Source: an uncultured Candidatus Sumerlaeota bacterium
GTDB taxonomy: Bacteria > CAYMEV01
DNA: 64,000 nucleotides
Assembly: GCA_964389675.1 (NCBI GenBank)
Contig: CAYMEV010000001.1
Coordinates: 156,539-220,538 of the forward strand
Reading direction: 5' to 3'
Both the position numbers and the translations under genes were made by a program. Shown piece by piece: positions 10,399-20,935 of the stretch. Under the pieces are notes generated by a model. The model worked only from the letters and a program-made list of their open reading frames with translations. It was not told the DNA's origin and searched no databases. The number at the start of each line of letters is the position of its first letter. Within the stretch, counting starts at the first letter, position 1.

Positions 10399-11823
10399 AT
10401 GAAAGTTTTCTTTATCAACCCGCCTTTCATTAAAAAATTCTCAAGGCCTCAAAGGTCCCCCGCAGTCACCAAGAGTAATACAATGTATTATCCGCTGATG
10501 CTTTCTCAGGCTGCAGCAAACCTGAAATACCTTGCTTCAATAAATGTCTGCCTTATTGATGCATGCGCAAAAAGCATGACTGAAGAGGAAGTATTTGAAA
10601 AGATACCTGAATCGGACGAGAACCTGGCTGTCATAGAAACATCTACACCAAGCATTGAAAATGATATATCCTTTGCAGAGAGACTGAAGGAAAAGAGGAA
10701 AATAAAGACCTTCCTGGCAGGTACCCATGTCAGCGTTCTTAAAGATAAGATATTAAAAGACAGCAGGATTGACGGCTTATTTACCGGAGAATGGGACAGG
10801 ACTATCATGGATATGCTTGATAAAGGCATTGAAAACACGGGCGGAATTATATATAGAAAGGAAGAAGAAATTATAGATACCGGAGAACCCGATGTTTTTG
10901 AAAACCTTGATTCATTACCCTTTGTATCAAGGATATACAGGGAATTTCTGGATATAAAAGACTATTTCAATCCAAATGCCAGGTTTCCCATGGTGACTAT
11001 CTCTACATCAAGAGGGTGCCCTTTCACCTGCAGGTTCTGCCTTTATCCCCAGACATTCTTCAGGGCAAAGATAAGAAGAAGAAGCATTGATCACATTCTC
11101 AAAGAGATTGATTATATACTAAAAGAGCTTAAGCCTGCTTCAATATTCTTCGAGGATGACTGCTTCACATACGATAAGGAATTTGTCAGAGATTTCTGCA
11201 AAGAGATAATAAAAAGATATAAAAAGCCTTTCAAATGGACTGCAAATGCACGTGCAGACCTGGATTATGAACTGCTTGCCCTGATGAAAAAAGCGGGGCT
11301 GACAGTGCTTTGTGTCGGATATGAAAGCGGCAATCAGAAGGTTCTGGACTGGATAGACAAGAAGATCACCGTGGAAAGGATGATAAGATTCAGCGAATCC
11401 GCAAAAAAAGCAAAAGTACTGGTACATGGCTGTTTTGTCCTGGGGGCTCCGTTCGAGGACTTTGACAGCCTGAAAAAGACACTGGATCTAGTGCTCAGGG
11501 TCAGGCCTGATACAATCCAGGTCTATCCGATAATTGTATACCCGGGGACAAAAATATATCAGGAATACGAATACCTGGGGCTTCTTGAATTTGAAACCTA
11601 CAGGGACTGGCTTACAGAAAAAGGTCTTCTGAATACAACCATCAGGACAAAACATCTATCAAAAAAGGACCTTATTGATTATACATATCTCATAAGGAAA
11701 AAATTCTACCTCAGGCCGTCATATATAATAAAAAAAGGATTTTCAACAATTTTAAACCCCAGGGAATTTTCAAGGACATTCAAGGCTTTCAAGGCTTTCT
11801 GCAGGTTCATAAAAAACAGGTAA
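10399..11823 (+). CDS. B12-binding-domain radical SAM protein (HpnJ-like architecture)
   Basis: N-terminal FFINPP..YYPL.L; SRGCPFTCRFC (CxxxCxxC), FEDDCF and GYESGNQ. Confidence 0.8.
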   Translation: MKVFFINPPFIKKFSRPQRSPAVTKSNTMYYPLMLSQAAANLKYLASINVCLIDACAKSMTEEEVFEKIPESDENLAVIETSTPSIENDISFAERLKEKRKIKTFLAGTHVSVLKDKILKDSRIDGLFTGEWDRTIMDMLDKGIENTGGIIYRKEEEIIDTGEPDVFENLDSLPFVSRIYREFLDIKDYFNPNARFPMVTISTSRGCPFTCRFCLYPQTFFRAKIRRRSIDHILKEIDYILKELKPASIFFEDDCFTYDKEFVRDFCKEIIKRYKKPFKWTANARADLDYELLALMKKAGLTVLCVGYESGNQKVLDWIDKKITVERMIRFSESAKKAKVLVHGCFVLGAPFEDFDSLKKTLDLVLRVRPDTIQVYPIIVYPGTKIYQEYEYLGLLEFETYRDWLTEKGLLNTTIRTKHLSKKDLIDYTYLIRKKFYLRPSYIIKKGFSTILNPREFSRTFKAFKAFCRFIKNR

Positions 11824-11866
11824 TTATAAGAAATAAATATCCCCGGCTACTCTCTGCATTTTTTTT

Positions 11867-11895
11867 TTGACATTAAAATCATTCAAGGCAATAAT
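11867..11895 (+). promoter_or_regulatory. Putative sigma70 promoter of the hydrogenase operon
   Basis: TTGACA - 17 bp - AATAAT, about 140 bp upstream of the first ATG. Confidence 0.45.
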
Positions 11896-12038
11896 TTATT
11901 ATGCTTTGTTTTTGTTGTCGGTTTCATCTGGAAGAAACATCCTCAGAAAGTAAGACATTTAGATTAAAAAATGCTTTTACAAAGATTTTAAAATATCTTA
12001 ATAAAAACCAAAAATCCTCTTAACAGGTAGGTAGAACT

Positions 12039-13076
12039 ATGCAAAATGTTATTCTAAAAAAGGAAAACTTTGATTCTTTCATCAAAGTGATTATGAAGCA
12101 GAAGAGGCTTGTCGGTCCGGTAAAAAAGGGTCTTAAAAGCTATTCCTTCCAGGATATCCATGACAGCAGTGAAATAGCTTTGAATTATATCCCCACAATC
12201 CTCCCTCCGAAAAAATACTTTATGCCTCAGGAGGAGACTTTCCTGCAATACGACAAGTCAGGCGGGGAAAACACCCAGGGTATTATTGAATATGATGATA
12301 TCATCATATTCGGCGTTCACACCTGCGACCTTGCAGGAATTCAGGCTCTCAATGTGGTATTCCAGGAACCACCGAAGGACCTGAATTATCTCTACAAAAA
12401 GAACCACATAACAATCATCGGCCTTGAATGCAATGATTACTGTGATGAACATGCATCCTGCGCGCTGATGAACAACCATATCCCTACAGGCGGATATGAC
12501 CTTTTCTTCACTGATCTTCAGGATTATTTCTTTGTTCATATCAATACTGATGAAGGTGAAAAGATCGTTAAATCAGCCGGCTGCTTTGACAGGGCTGAAA
12601 GCCACCATCATAAGGCACTTCAGGACCTCAGGGAAAAGAAAAAAGAAATATTCAAAAGGGAAGTTGATGTCAAGCTTGAGGATATTTCCAGGATATTTGA
12701 CAGGGCCTATAACTGCAGTGTATGGGAAAAGCTTGGAGAAAAATGCCTTGCATGCGGAAACTGCACAAATGTATGCCCGACCTGTTATTGCTTCGATGTC
12801 ATTGACGAATTAAACCTCGATCTTAATACAGGAAGGAGATACAGGGTCTGGGATTCATGCCAGGCCCAGCCGTTCGCCAGGATAGCAGGTGATGAAAACA
12901 CCAGGGAAAATCGTTCGGAAAGGCAGAGGCACAGATTTTTCAGGAAATTCAACTATCAGAACGATAAGTATTTCAGGTATTTCTGCACAGGCTGCGGAAG
13001 ATGTTCAAGGACATGCATGGCAGGAATTGACCTGAAAGAGACCCTTAATGAAATTATTAAGGAGGTAGGAGCGTAA
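12039..13076 (+). CDS. Group 3b [NiFe] hydrogenase (sulfhydrogenase) beta subunit, AsrA-like 4Fe-4S protein
   Basis: CLACGNCTNVCPTCYC, WDSC and CTGCGRCSRTC; first gene of a four-gene operon. Confidence 0.85.
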   Translation: MQNVILKKENFDSFIKVIMKQKRLVGPVKKGLKSYSFQDIHDSSEIALNYIPTILPPKKYFMPQEETFLQYDKSGGENTQGIIEYDDIIIFGVHTCDLAGIQALNVVFQEPPKDLNYLYKKNHITIIGLECNDYCDEHASCALMNNHIPTGGYDLFFTDLQDYFFVHINTDEGEKIVKSAGCFDRAESHHHKALQDLREKKKEIFKREVDVKLEDISRIFDRAYNCSVWEKLGEKCLACGNCTNVCPTCYCFDVIDELNLDLNTGRRYRVWDSCQAQPFARIAGDENTRENRSERQRHRFFRKFNYQNDKYFRYFCTGCGRCSRTCMAGIDLKETLNEIIKEVGA

Positions 13077-13912
13077 TGAATACAGTTTTTGTCAAAGACT
13101 CGGAATATGTGACAAAAAAGGGAAAGATACTTGACACAAAACAGCTTACTTCCATGGAGAGATACTATAAAATAGAGCTCCCCGGAGGAGAAGACCTTAA
13201 GCATGAACCAGGCCAGTTTGTCCAGGTATCCCTGTGCGGTGTCGGAGAAGCCCCCATCTCAATATCCTCAAGCCCCACTCAGTATGGTTCATTCGAGCTT
13301 GTAGTCAGAAAAGTGGGAAGATTCACCAGCGCATTGAGCAAACTTGATGCGGGAGATGAACTGGGCATCAGGGGGCCTTACGGAAATGGCTTTCCCATCA
13401 GGGTACTTGAAGGCAATGACCTTCTCTTTATTGCCGGCGGTATTGGCATTGTCCCTTTAAGGTCGCTTATCAACTATGTGATCGACAATAGAAGGGATTT
13501 TGGAAAGGTGACCATACTCTTCGGGTGTAAAACGCCTGGAGATATGCTTTTTTCAGATGAATTTGAAACATGGGAAAACAGGCTTGACCTTGAATTCAAA
13601 TGCACCGTTGATAAGGGGGATCCCTCATGGAAAGGTAACGTAGGCCTTATTACCGGGCTCATCCCAGGTATTAACCTTACACCGTCAAAAACATTCGCTA
13701 TTGTATGTGGTCCTCCAATAATGTATAAGTTTGTAATTAAAGAACTTATCAATAAGGACATACCGGAGCGTCAGATATTCCTGTCACTTGAGAACCACAT
13801 GAAATGCGGTATCGGCAAATGCGGGCACTGTCAGATCAACGATCTTTACTGCTGCAAGGACGGTCCTGTCTTTAGCTATGATCAAATAAAAAATAAGGAA
13901 GAGGCAATTTAG
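13076..13912 (+). CDS. Group 3b hydrogenase gamma subunit (FAD/NAD(P)-binding, 2Fe-2S)
   Basis: PGQF, RGPYGNGF, AGGIGIVP, CGPPIM and MKCGIGKCGHC...CKDGPVF. Confidence 0.9.
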   Translation: MNTVFVKDSEYVTKKGKILDTKQLTSMERYYKIELPGGEDLKHEPGQFVQVSLCGVGEAPISISSSPTQYGSFELVVRKVGRFTSALSKLDAGDELGIRGPYGNGFPIRVLEGNDLLFIAGGIGIVPLRSLINYVIDNRRDFGKVTILFGCKTPGDMLFSDEFETWENRLDLEFKCTVDKGDPSWKGNVGLITGLIPGINLTPSKTFAIVCGPPIMYKFVIKELINKDIPERQIFLSLENHMKCGIGKCGHCQINDLYCCKDGPVFSYDQIKNKEEAI

Positions 13913-13913
13913 T

Positions 13914-14660
13914 ATGAGTAAGCCAAAAATAGCGTTTTTTGATTTTGCTTGTTGTGAAGGATGCCAGCTCCAGATCGCAAATATAGGTGAATTGCTCCTT
14001 GATGTACTGGAACTGGTAGATGTAGTGGAATTCAGAGAGGTAATGTCTGAAAAGTGGGAAGGCATGCTGGATGTAGCAGTCGTTGAAGGAAGCATCACAG
14101 ATAATCATGCTGTAGAAAGAATTAAGAAGATCAGAGAAAGATGCAAAATACTGATAGCCTATGGCGCCTGCGCTACTATAGGTGGTGTCAATGGCATGAA
14201 GAACAATTTTGACCTTACAGATATCAAGGAATATGTCTACGGTGATAAGCATAAGTATTTTGACAGCATCCCTACAAGGCCTGTTTCAGATGTCGTACCG
14301 GTTGATTACTATGTCCATGGATGCCCGATATATCCTCCTGAATTTATAAAGGTACTGAAATCTGTACTCCAGGGCATTAAATACATAGTCCCCGATCATT
14401 CAGTCTGCCAGGAATGCAAGCTCAATGAGAATGAATGCCTGTTTGAAAAGGGTATAGTCTGCCTGGGGCCGATTACCCGTGCAGGATGTAATTCATGGTG
14501 TCCGAATAACGGAAATATCTGTTACGGCTGCAGGGGAATGGTCAGCAATCCAAATACAAAGGGAGCTACAGATGTCCTTAAAAAATACAGGATATCAATG
14601 GATTATATAATTAATAAATTTCATATGTATAATACATGCAGGGAGCAGAAAGATGAGTAA
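13914..14660 (+). CDS. Group 3b hydrogenase delta (small) subunit
   Basis: CCEGCQ, VEGS, GACATIGG, HGCP and VCQEC...CLGPITRAGC..CP...CYGCRG. Confidence 0.9.
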   Translation: MSKPKIAFFDFACCEGCQLQIANIGELLLDVLELVDVVEFREVMSEKWEGMLDVAVVEGSITDNHAVERIKKIRERCKILIAYGACATIGGVNGMKNNFDLTDIKEYVYGDKHKYFDSIPTRPVSDVVPVDYYVHGCPIYPPEFIKVLKSVLQGIKYIVPDHSVCQECKLNENECLFEKGIVCLGPITRAGCNSWCPNNGNICYGCRGMVSNPNTKGATDVLKKYRISMDYIINKFHMYNTCREQKDE

Positions 14661-15978
14661 CAGGAATCTAAATATAAATGTAGAATACCTCACAAGGGTT
14701 GAGGGCCACGGCAATATTGTAGTTGATGTCAAGAACGGCGAATTATTGAAATGCCAGCTTCAGATAGTTGAATCACCCAGGCTTTTCGAGGGGATGCTCA
14801 GGGGCAGGTCTATTTTTGAAGCACAGCATATAACATCGAGGATCTGCGGTATATGCTCATGCGGTCATTCACTTGCCTCCATCCAGGCTGCTGAGGATGC
14901 AATATCTTTCATTCCTTCCGAGCAGACACAGGAGCTTCGAAAACTGCTCCTGCACATGGAGACTCTTGACAGCCACATCCTCCATATATATATCCTTGTC
15001 GCGCCGGACCTCCTCGGGGTAAAAAGCTTCGTACCGCTTATAAAGACCCATAATACAGTGGTAAGAAGGGCTCTCAGGCTTAAAAAGAGCTGTAATGACA
15101 TATGTGATATTCTGGTTGGAAGGCATGTACATCCAATATCAGCAATTGTAGGCGGCTTTACAAAACTTCCGCGCAAAAATGATCTGGACAGGATGCTGGA
15201 GATCCTCTATGTCATGAGAGATGATATGGATGAGACCCTTGAACTTGCAAAAACACTTAAATTCCCGGAATTCGAGAGAGAAACGGAATATATCGCCCTG
15301 GTCAATGATTCTGAGGAATATCCTTTCCTGTGCGGAGATGTCGGTTCATCTGACAATCACAGGTACAGCAAGTCTGAATACAGGGATCTGACAAATGAAT
15401 TTATCGTTCCGCATTCCAGTGCTAAGCATACCAGAAACAAAAGGGAATCCTATGCTGTTGGAGCACTTGCAAGGTATAACCTGAATTATCATAAATTGAA
15501 CAGGAAGGCAAAACAGGCCGCAGAATCGCTTGGCCTGCCGCCAAGGCTTACAAATCCATATCTAAATACTGCTGCACAGCTAATTGAATGTGTTCATGCA
15601 ATTGAAGACAGCATAAGGATAATACAGGAATATAAGGAAAAGGGGATCGATTATCAGCAGGAGATTACTGTAGGGCTTAATGAAAATGGCACAATTCCCG
15701 TGGTTAAGGGAGAGGGATTTGGTGCTGTTGAGGTTCCGAGGGGTATCCTTTTCCATAATTACAGGGTTGACGAGAAGGGTACGATCACGGATGCCAATTG
15801 TATTATACCGACAAATCAGAACTGCAACAATATTGAATGGGATATGAAAAAGCTGATTCCTGAGATCATGCATAAGACAGACGAGGAGATAGAACTTCTG
15901 CTTGAAATGCTTGTGCGTGCTTATGATCCATGTATTTCATGCTCTGCTCATTTTCTGGACATAGAGCTGATACGCTGA
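14653..15978 (+). CDS. Group 3b [NiFe] hydrogenase alpha (large) subunit
   Basis: TRVEGHG, L1 RICGICSCGH, EVPRG and L2 DPCISCSAH followed by a short cleavable tail. Confidence 0.93.
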   Translation: MSNRNLNINVEYLTRVEGHGNIVVDVKNGELLKCQLQIVESPRLFEGMLRGRSIFEAQHITSRICGICSCGHSLASIQAAEDAISFIPSEQTQELRKLLLHMETLDSHILHIYILVAPDLLGVKSFVPLIKTHNTVVRRALRLKKSCNDICDILVGRHVHPISAIVGGFTKLPRKNDLDRMLEILYVMRDDMDETLELAKTLKFPEFERETEYIALVNDSEEYPFLCGDVGSSDNHRYSKSEYRDLTNEFIVPHSSAKHTRNKRESYAVGALARYNLNYHKLNRKAKQAAESLGLPPRLTNPYLNTAAQLIECVHAIEDSIRIIQEYKEKGIDYQQEITVGLNENGTIPVVKGEGFGAVEVPRGILFHNYRVDEKGTITDANCIIPTNQNCNNIEWDMKKLIPEIMHKTDEEIELLLEMLVRAYDPCISCSAHFLDIELIR

Positions 15979-16002
15979 CAAAAAGCATTTTATAGAAACC
16001 GC

Positions 16003-16030
16003 CCGGCCCTGGCTTAGTCTCCAGGGCCGG
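16003..16030. terminator. Hairpin between the convergent hydrogenase and FDH operons
   Basis: CCGGCCCTGG-CTTAGTCT-CCAGGGCCGG, perfect 10-bp stem. Confidence 0.55.
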
Positions 16031-16105
16031 ATATATCATTCCTGCACGGAACAGCCTTCTCCTGTAATTCTTAAATGCAGGGAATATCCAATCCATTAAA
16101 AGGTA

Positions 16106-16831
16106 TCAGGTATAGATGTTGAACCTTTTATTCCTCGAGAAACCTATTATTTTCAGGTTATATAGCATTGCCATGTTTATGGCTGAATATGTTACCGCTG
16201 ATCGTGATACAAGCAGGGGGATCTTAGCCCTGACGACCTTTTTGACAATCTCTGAGGAAAGCCTTCCTGTTGTAAGCATCATATGCCCTTGTGGCTTAAT
16301 ATTATTTTTCAGGATAAATCCAATGATCTTATCAACAGAATTATGCCTTCCAATATCTTCAAATGATACGATAAATCTTTCCTCCTGAAATAAAGCTGCA
16401 AGATGTGTACACCCGGTATCTTCGAAGTATTGCCCTCTTTTCAGAAATTGAGCGGTATTTCCAATTATGACATGAGTATCCGGATTGTAACTGTCCTTTA
16501 TCGGTGATAATTCTTCAAAGGCTTCACCTGAAGAAAAACACGAAGAAACCAGGGAAAATTGATCAGGGGTTTTCAAACCCTCGCGCAGTCTGATTCTTGC
16601 TTCGTAATCCTTCATCTTTATTTCAAGAACATCATCCATGCAGGAAATGAAAAAATTGGTAAAAAGATATCCATAGACGAAATATTCAATGAATTCGGGT
16701 AATAATCGGACAGAATATGTTTTTTCCCCTATGATTATATTGAGGTTCTTTTCCTCTATGACCTTGTCTTCTTTGTCTTGATAAGAACGATCTTTATATT
16801 GCTTTATCGAGACACTTTTTATAAAATCCAT
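16106..16831 (-). CDS. fdhD: Formate dehydrogenase accessory sulfurtransferase FdhD
   Basis: EDIGRHNSVDKIIG, TTGRLSSEIVKK, SRSAVT and IGFSR; in the FDH operon. Confidence 0.85.
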   Translation of the reverse strand: MDFIKSVSIKQYKDRSYQDKEDKVIEEKNLNIIIGEKTYSVRLLPEFIEYFVYGYLFTNFFISCMDDVLEIKMKDYEARIRLREGLKTPDQFSLVSSCFSSGEAFEELSPIKDSYNPDTHVIIGNTAQFLKRGQYFEDTGCTHLAALFQEERFIVSFEDIGRHNSVDKIIGFILKNNIKPQGHMMLTTGRLSSEIVKKVVRAKIPLLVSRSAVTYSAINMAMLYNLKIIGFSRNKRFNIYT

Positions 16832-17414
16832 TGAGTTTCACCAAATCTCCCTTTGTATTTATATTAATGAAGCTTTCACCATCCCGGTCATATTCTCCCC
16901 AGATTGTTTCATCAATATCAAAAATGCTGAGATTATTAAAGAGATCTGATATTTTGTATGCTTTCCTGATTATCTGCGCCTCTGCAAAATTAATAATAGC
17001 ACGGGAATATACTGCAAATAACGGCTCGTAGAATCCATTGTTCACAGGAACAAAAACATCTGCATCCACGTATTCAACCAGGCTGAGCATTTTTTCAAGG
17101 AGAGCTGTTTTTATAAAGGGCATATCTCCGCCGAGAACAAATATATAATTGCTGTTGATTCTTTTCAATGCAGTATATATGCCGCCTATAGGGCCAAGGC
17201 CAGGCCTGATGTCCCGGAATGAGAGTATATCCCTGTCTGTATATTTTTCTCCGATTATATAAACAGGAAAGGAAGGGGGGACCAGATCCAGGACTGTGTC
17301 CAGGATAGACTTGTTATCTATCTTGAACGTCAGCTTATTCTGACCAAAACGGGAACTTAACCCCCCCGTTAAAATAGCAAAAGAAATATTATTTACACTC
17401 TTCCTGCTGTCCAC
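16794..17414 (-). CDS. mobA: Molybdenum cofactor guanylyltransferase
   Basis: ILTGGLSSRFGQNK, GPIGGIYTAL, DMPFI, EPLFAVY and NINT. Confidence 0.88.
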   Translation of the reverse strand: MDSRKSVNNISFAILTGGLSSRFGQNKLTFKIDNKSILDTVLDLVPPSFPVYIIGEKYTDRDILSFRDIRPGLGPIGGIYTALKRINSNYIFVLGGDMPFIKTALLEKMLSLVEYVDADVFVPVNNGFYEPLFAVYSRAIINFAEAQIIRKAYKISDLFNNLSIFDIDETIWGEYDRDGESFININTKGDLVKLNGFYKKCLDKAI

Positions 17415-18225
17415 TCTTCTTTAAATAAGCCCAGAAATAGAATGTTGCGACGAAAAAGGCACCGCCTATAATATTGCCTATAGTTACCGGTATAAAATTC
17501 TTGATTATCATATTCTGTATGGTGAGTGTGCTTACATCTATGTTGCCTGCGAGTTCTGTTCCCTTAAGGAATAAACCCATCGGAATAAAATAAAAGTTCG
17601 CGACAATGTGCTCAAATCCTGAGGCAACAAAGGCCATGATCGGGAAATATATTGCAAATACTTTTCCCACGACGTCGTTTGAGGCTATAGCCATCCATAC
17701 AGCAAGGCAGACAAGCCAGTTACAGCCAATAGCACGGACCAGTGCCGGCCAGAAATCGAGGTTGACTTTGCCAACTGCTATATTAACTGCAAATTCACCC
17801 CAGCCTCCACTTGCCCAAATCTTTGACACATACATCAAATAAGCAATGAAGAAAGCACCAATGAAATTTGCCAGGTAGACTATTCCCCATTTTGACAGGA
17901 CCTTTCCAAGAGTAGCTCTTTTCTCATAGGCTGCAAGAACCATAAGGTTATTTCCAGTAAAGAGTTCAGCACCTGCAATGACAACAAGCATGAGTCCTAC
18001 GCTAAACACAGATCCCATCAGGAATTTCTGAAAACCAAGACCTAATGCTTCTTTAACACCAAGGCCTGCCATTGTAGCAAGCTCACCGCCAAAACCGATA
18101 TATGCGCCTGCTAAAAATCCCAGAAGCGCAATCCGCCACCAGTCACCAATGGCTTTCTTGACACAGATTTCTTTTGAGAACGTCTCCGCCACAACGGCCG
18201 GAGATTTGAAGTTTGACATAACCAT
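17389..18225 (-). CDS. Formate/nitrite transporter family channel (FdhC/FocA-like)
   Basis: LAGAYIGFG, GAELFTGN, CNWLVCLAVW, FEHIVAN and GNIIGG. Confidence 0.92.
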   Translation of the reverse strand: MVMSNFKSPAVVAETFSKEICVKKAIGDWWRIALLGFLAGAYIGFGGELATMAGLGVKEALGLGFQKFLMGSVFSVGLMLVVIAGAELFTGNNLMVLAAYEKRATLGKVLSKWGIVYLANFIGAFFIAYLMYVSKIWASGGWGEFAVNIAVGKVNLDFWPALVRAIGCNWLVCLAVWMAIASNDVVGKVFAIYFPIMAFVASGFEHIVANFYFIPMGLFLKGTELAGNIDVSTLTIQNMIIKNFIPVTIGNIIGGAFFVATFYFWAYLKKSGQQEECK

Positions 18226-18231
18226 TCCTCC

Positions 18232-20925
18232 TTATTGTTTTATTATTTTACACGCTGCTACTTTGAATTCAGGTATTTTTGCAACAGGGTCCAGAGCATC
18301 ATTGGTAAGCATATTTGCCGGTGCTTCACAGAAATGGAATGGAATAAAGACCAGTCCTTTGGATACCTTTTCAGATATCACGACCCTGGTCCTGATCTGA
18401 CCCCTCCTTGATTTAACAACTGCCATCTCTCCATCTTCAATGCCAAGCTGTCTGGCGTCCTCTGAGTTTACCTCGACATAACCCTCGTCTGCAAAGAAAT
18501 TCAGCACATCGCTCTTCCTGCTCATGGTCCCTGTATGGTATTGGACCAGAATCCTGCCTGTGGAGAGTATCAGCGGATACTCATCATCAGGTACCTCAGC
18601 CGGCGGCTTGAACTCTATAGCAGAAAACAGTCCTTTTCCGCGGGTAAAACTGCCGTTCTTATGCAGGAATTGCGTCCCGGGATGATCTGCATCCTTGCAG
18701 GGCCACTGGAGGCCCTGATCCACACGTTCAGGCGTAATCCCTGCATAGTGAGGCGCAAGTGAATTGATCTCCCTCAGGATATCCCAGACATTTTCATACT
18801 TCATTTTATAACCCATTTTGTCTGATACATCCCTGATTATCATCCAGTCTTCCCTGAGGTTCTTATCTGGTTTAAGCACAGGCCTTATTACCTGAACCCG
18901 CCTCTCTGTACTTGTAAAAGTACCGTATTTTTCAAGGGAAGCCTTTGCAGGCAATACTACATCAGCTAAAGAGGCCGTTTCTGTGAGAAAGATATCCTGG
19001 ACTACGAGAAATTCAAGATTTTTTAGGGATTCTTCGACATGATTCAGATTGGGATCGGATATCATAGGATTTTCTCCCATTATGTAAAGGCCTTTCAGCT
19101 CCCCCTCGCCTGCTTTATTCATCATCTCCACAACTGTCAGGCCGACCTTGTTATCAAGACTGACTCCCCATGCATCTTCGAATTTTTTCTGATTGTTAGG
19201 GTCAGTTACAGCCTGATAGCTGGGATATACATTGGGCAGGGCACCCATATCACATGCTCCCTGGACATTATTCTGTCCCCGGAGCGGGTTGACCCCTGAA
19301 GCGTGCTTACCGATCTGGCCGGCTATCATGGCAAGGTTTGCAAGCGAAAGGACATTGTCCGTCCCTGTAGTATGCTGAGTAATACCCATGGAAAATACAA
19401 TGGAGGCAGCCTTTGCCTTTGCATATGCCCTTGCAGCATAGACTATCTTTTCTTCCGGTACATTTGTTATTTCTGAAACTCTTTCCGGTGTGTATTTTTC
19501 TATGACCTTTATAAGCTCGTCAAAGTTCTCGGTAAATTTTTCGACGAATTCCCTGTTATAAAGGCCTTCCTTAAAAATAACATGCATAATGCCATTTATG
19601 AGAGCAACATCTGTGCCATTCTTCTGCTGAAGATGAACTTTGGCATAACGCGTAATATCAATCTTCCTTGGATCAGCAACTATCAGTACTGCACCCTTTT
19701 TTACCGCATTTTTGATATATGTGGAGATTACAGGATGAGTTTCGGTTGTATTTGAGCCTATTATGAATATGCAGTCTGAGTCTGCCATTCCGGCATTTGT
19801 GTTGGTCATAGCCCCTGAGCCAAAGGCCTTTGCAAGCCCGGCAACAGTGGATGCATGACATAGCCTTGCACAATGGTCTACATTGTTTGTTCCGAATACA
19901 GCCCTTATAAATTTCTGGAATATATAATTCTCTTCATTTGTACACCTTGCTGAAGACAGGCCTGCTATCCTTGCCGGCCCATATTTCTGCTTCATTTCCC
20001 TGAACTTATTGGCAACCAGGGTTAAAGCCTCATCCCAGGAAGCTTGCCTGAATTTGCCGTTTTCCTTGATAAGGGGCGTTTTAAGCCGGCCTTCATTATG
20101 GATATAATCATGCCCGAACCTTCCCTTTACGCATAGCCTGCCATCATTGGCCGGTGCATCGACTCCCTCGACCCTGACTATTTCATTATCTTTAGTAAAG
20201 ATATTCATCTGGCATCCGACTCCGCAGTATTCGCAGGTAGTCAAAACACTGGACAACTCCCAGTTTCTTCCCTTTCCGATAGCCTGCTTCGGAAGCAATG
20301 CCCCGACAGGGCATGCCTGGACACATTCACCGCAGGCATCACACTCGGAATCAGCCCAATTCCCGTTTGCACCTGCCCATACAACCTCTTTATTACCGCG
20401 ATAAGCCATGTCAATTACTGTTTTAACCTGGATTTCATCGCATGCTTTAATGCACCTGTAACAGAGAATACATTTTTGAGGGTCGTATATAAAGCCGGGA
20501 GAAGAGTCTTCTACTGCCATGCCTGTATCATAGATGTTTGGATATGCTTCAGAGTTAATATCGATCTGGTACCTGTAAGCAAGCTTTTCCAGTTCACAGT
20601 TGCCGCTTTTATCACAGACCATGCAGTCGTGCTTATGATCTGCAAGAATAAGGTTTAATATATCTTTCCTGTATTGCTCGATCTCTTCGGTAAACAACTC
20701 TATCTCAAGGCCTTTTGTTACATAGGCTGTACATGATGTCTCAAATTTAGCAGTACCCTTCTTTTTGAAAATACAAAGGCGGCATGATCCGGTTGGGCTG
20801 ATTTTTTCATAATAACAGAGGCCCGGCACATCATAACCGACCCTGCGTAACTCAGCAAGAAGGTTCTCGCCTTCTTCTAACCAGACTTCCTTTCCGTCAA
20901 CTTTTACATTTACAAGATTTGACAT
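18232..20925 (-). CDS. Formate dehydrogenase alpha subunit (Mo/W-bisPGD, Cys ligand) with a NuoG-like Fe-S N-terminus
   Basis: GSCRLC, HDCMVC, CILCYRC, CDACGECVQACP, CEYCGVGC, CVKGR, DHCARLCHAS, PLRGQNNVQG and KIPEFK. Confidence 0.93.
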   Translation of the reverse strand: MSNLVNVKVDGKEVWLEEGENLLAELRRVGYDVPGLCYYEKISPTGSCRLCIFKKKGTAKFETSCTAYVTKGLEIELFTEEIEQYRKDILNLILADHKHDCMVCDKSGNCELEKLAYRYQIDINSEAYPNIYDTGMAVEDSSPGFIYDPQKCILCYRCIKACDEIQVKTVIDMAYRGNKEVVWAGANGNWADSECDACGECVQACPVGALLPKQAIGKGRNWELSSVLTTCEYCGVGCQMNIFTKDNEIVRVEGVDAPANDGRLCVKGRFGHDYIHNEGRLKTPLIKENGKFRQASWDEALTLVANKFREMKQKYGPARIAGLSSARCTNEENYIFQKFIRAVFGTNNVDHCARLCHASTVAGLAKAFGSGAMTNTNAGMADSDCIFIIGSNTTETHPVISTYIKNAVKKGAVLIVADPRKIDITRYAKVHLQQKNGTDVALINGIMHVIFKEGLYNREFVEKFTENFDELIKVIEKYTPERVSEITNVPEEKIVYAARAYAKAKAASIVFSMGITQHTTGTDNVLSLANLAMIAGQIGKHASGVNPLRGQNNVQGACDMGALPNVYPSYQAVTDPNNQKKFEDAWGVSLDNKVGLTVVEMMNKAGEGELKGLYIMGENPMISDPNLNHVEESLKNLEFLVVQDIFLTETASLADVVLPAKASLEKYGTFTSTERRVQVIRPVLKPDKNLREDWMIIRDVSDKMGYKMKYENVWDILREINSLAPHYAGITPERVDQGLQWPCKDADHPGTQFLHKNGSFTRGKGLFSAIEFKPPAEVPDDEYPLILSTGRILVQYHTGTMSRKSDVLNFFADEGYVEVNSEDARQLGIEDGEMAVVKSRRGQIRTRVVISEKVSKGLVFIPFHFCEAPANMLTNDALDPVAKIPEFKVAACKIIKQ

Positions 20926-20935
20926 TTTATTTCTC

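Noticed and set aside
19858-19860. Selenocysteine in FdhA or the hydrogenase
   Set aside because: The FDH ligand codon is TGT (CARLCH) and the hydrogenase L2 motif is DPCISC; there is no in-frame TGA.
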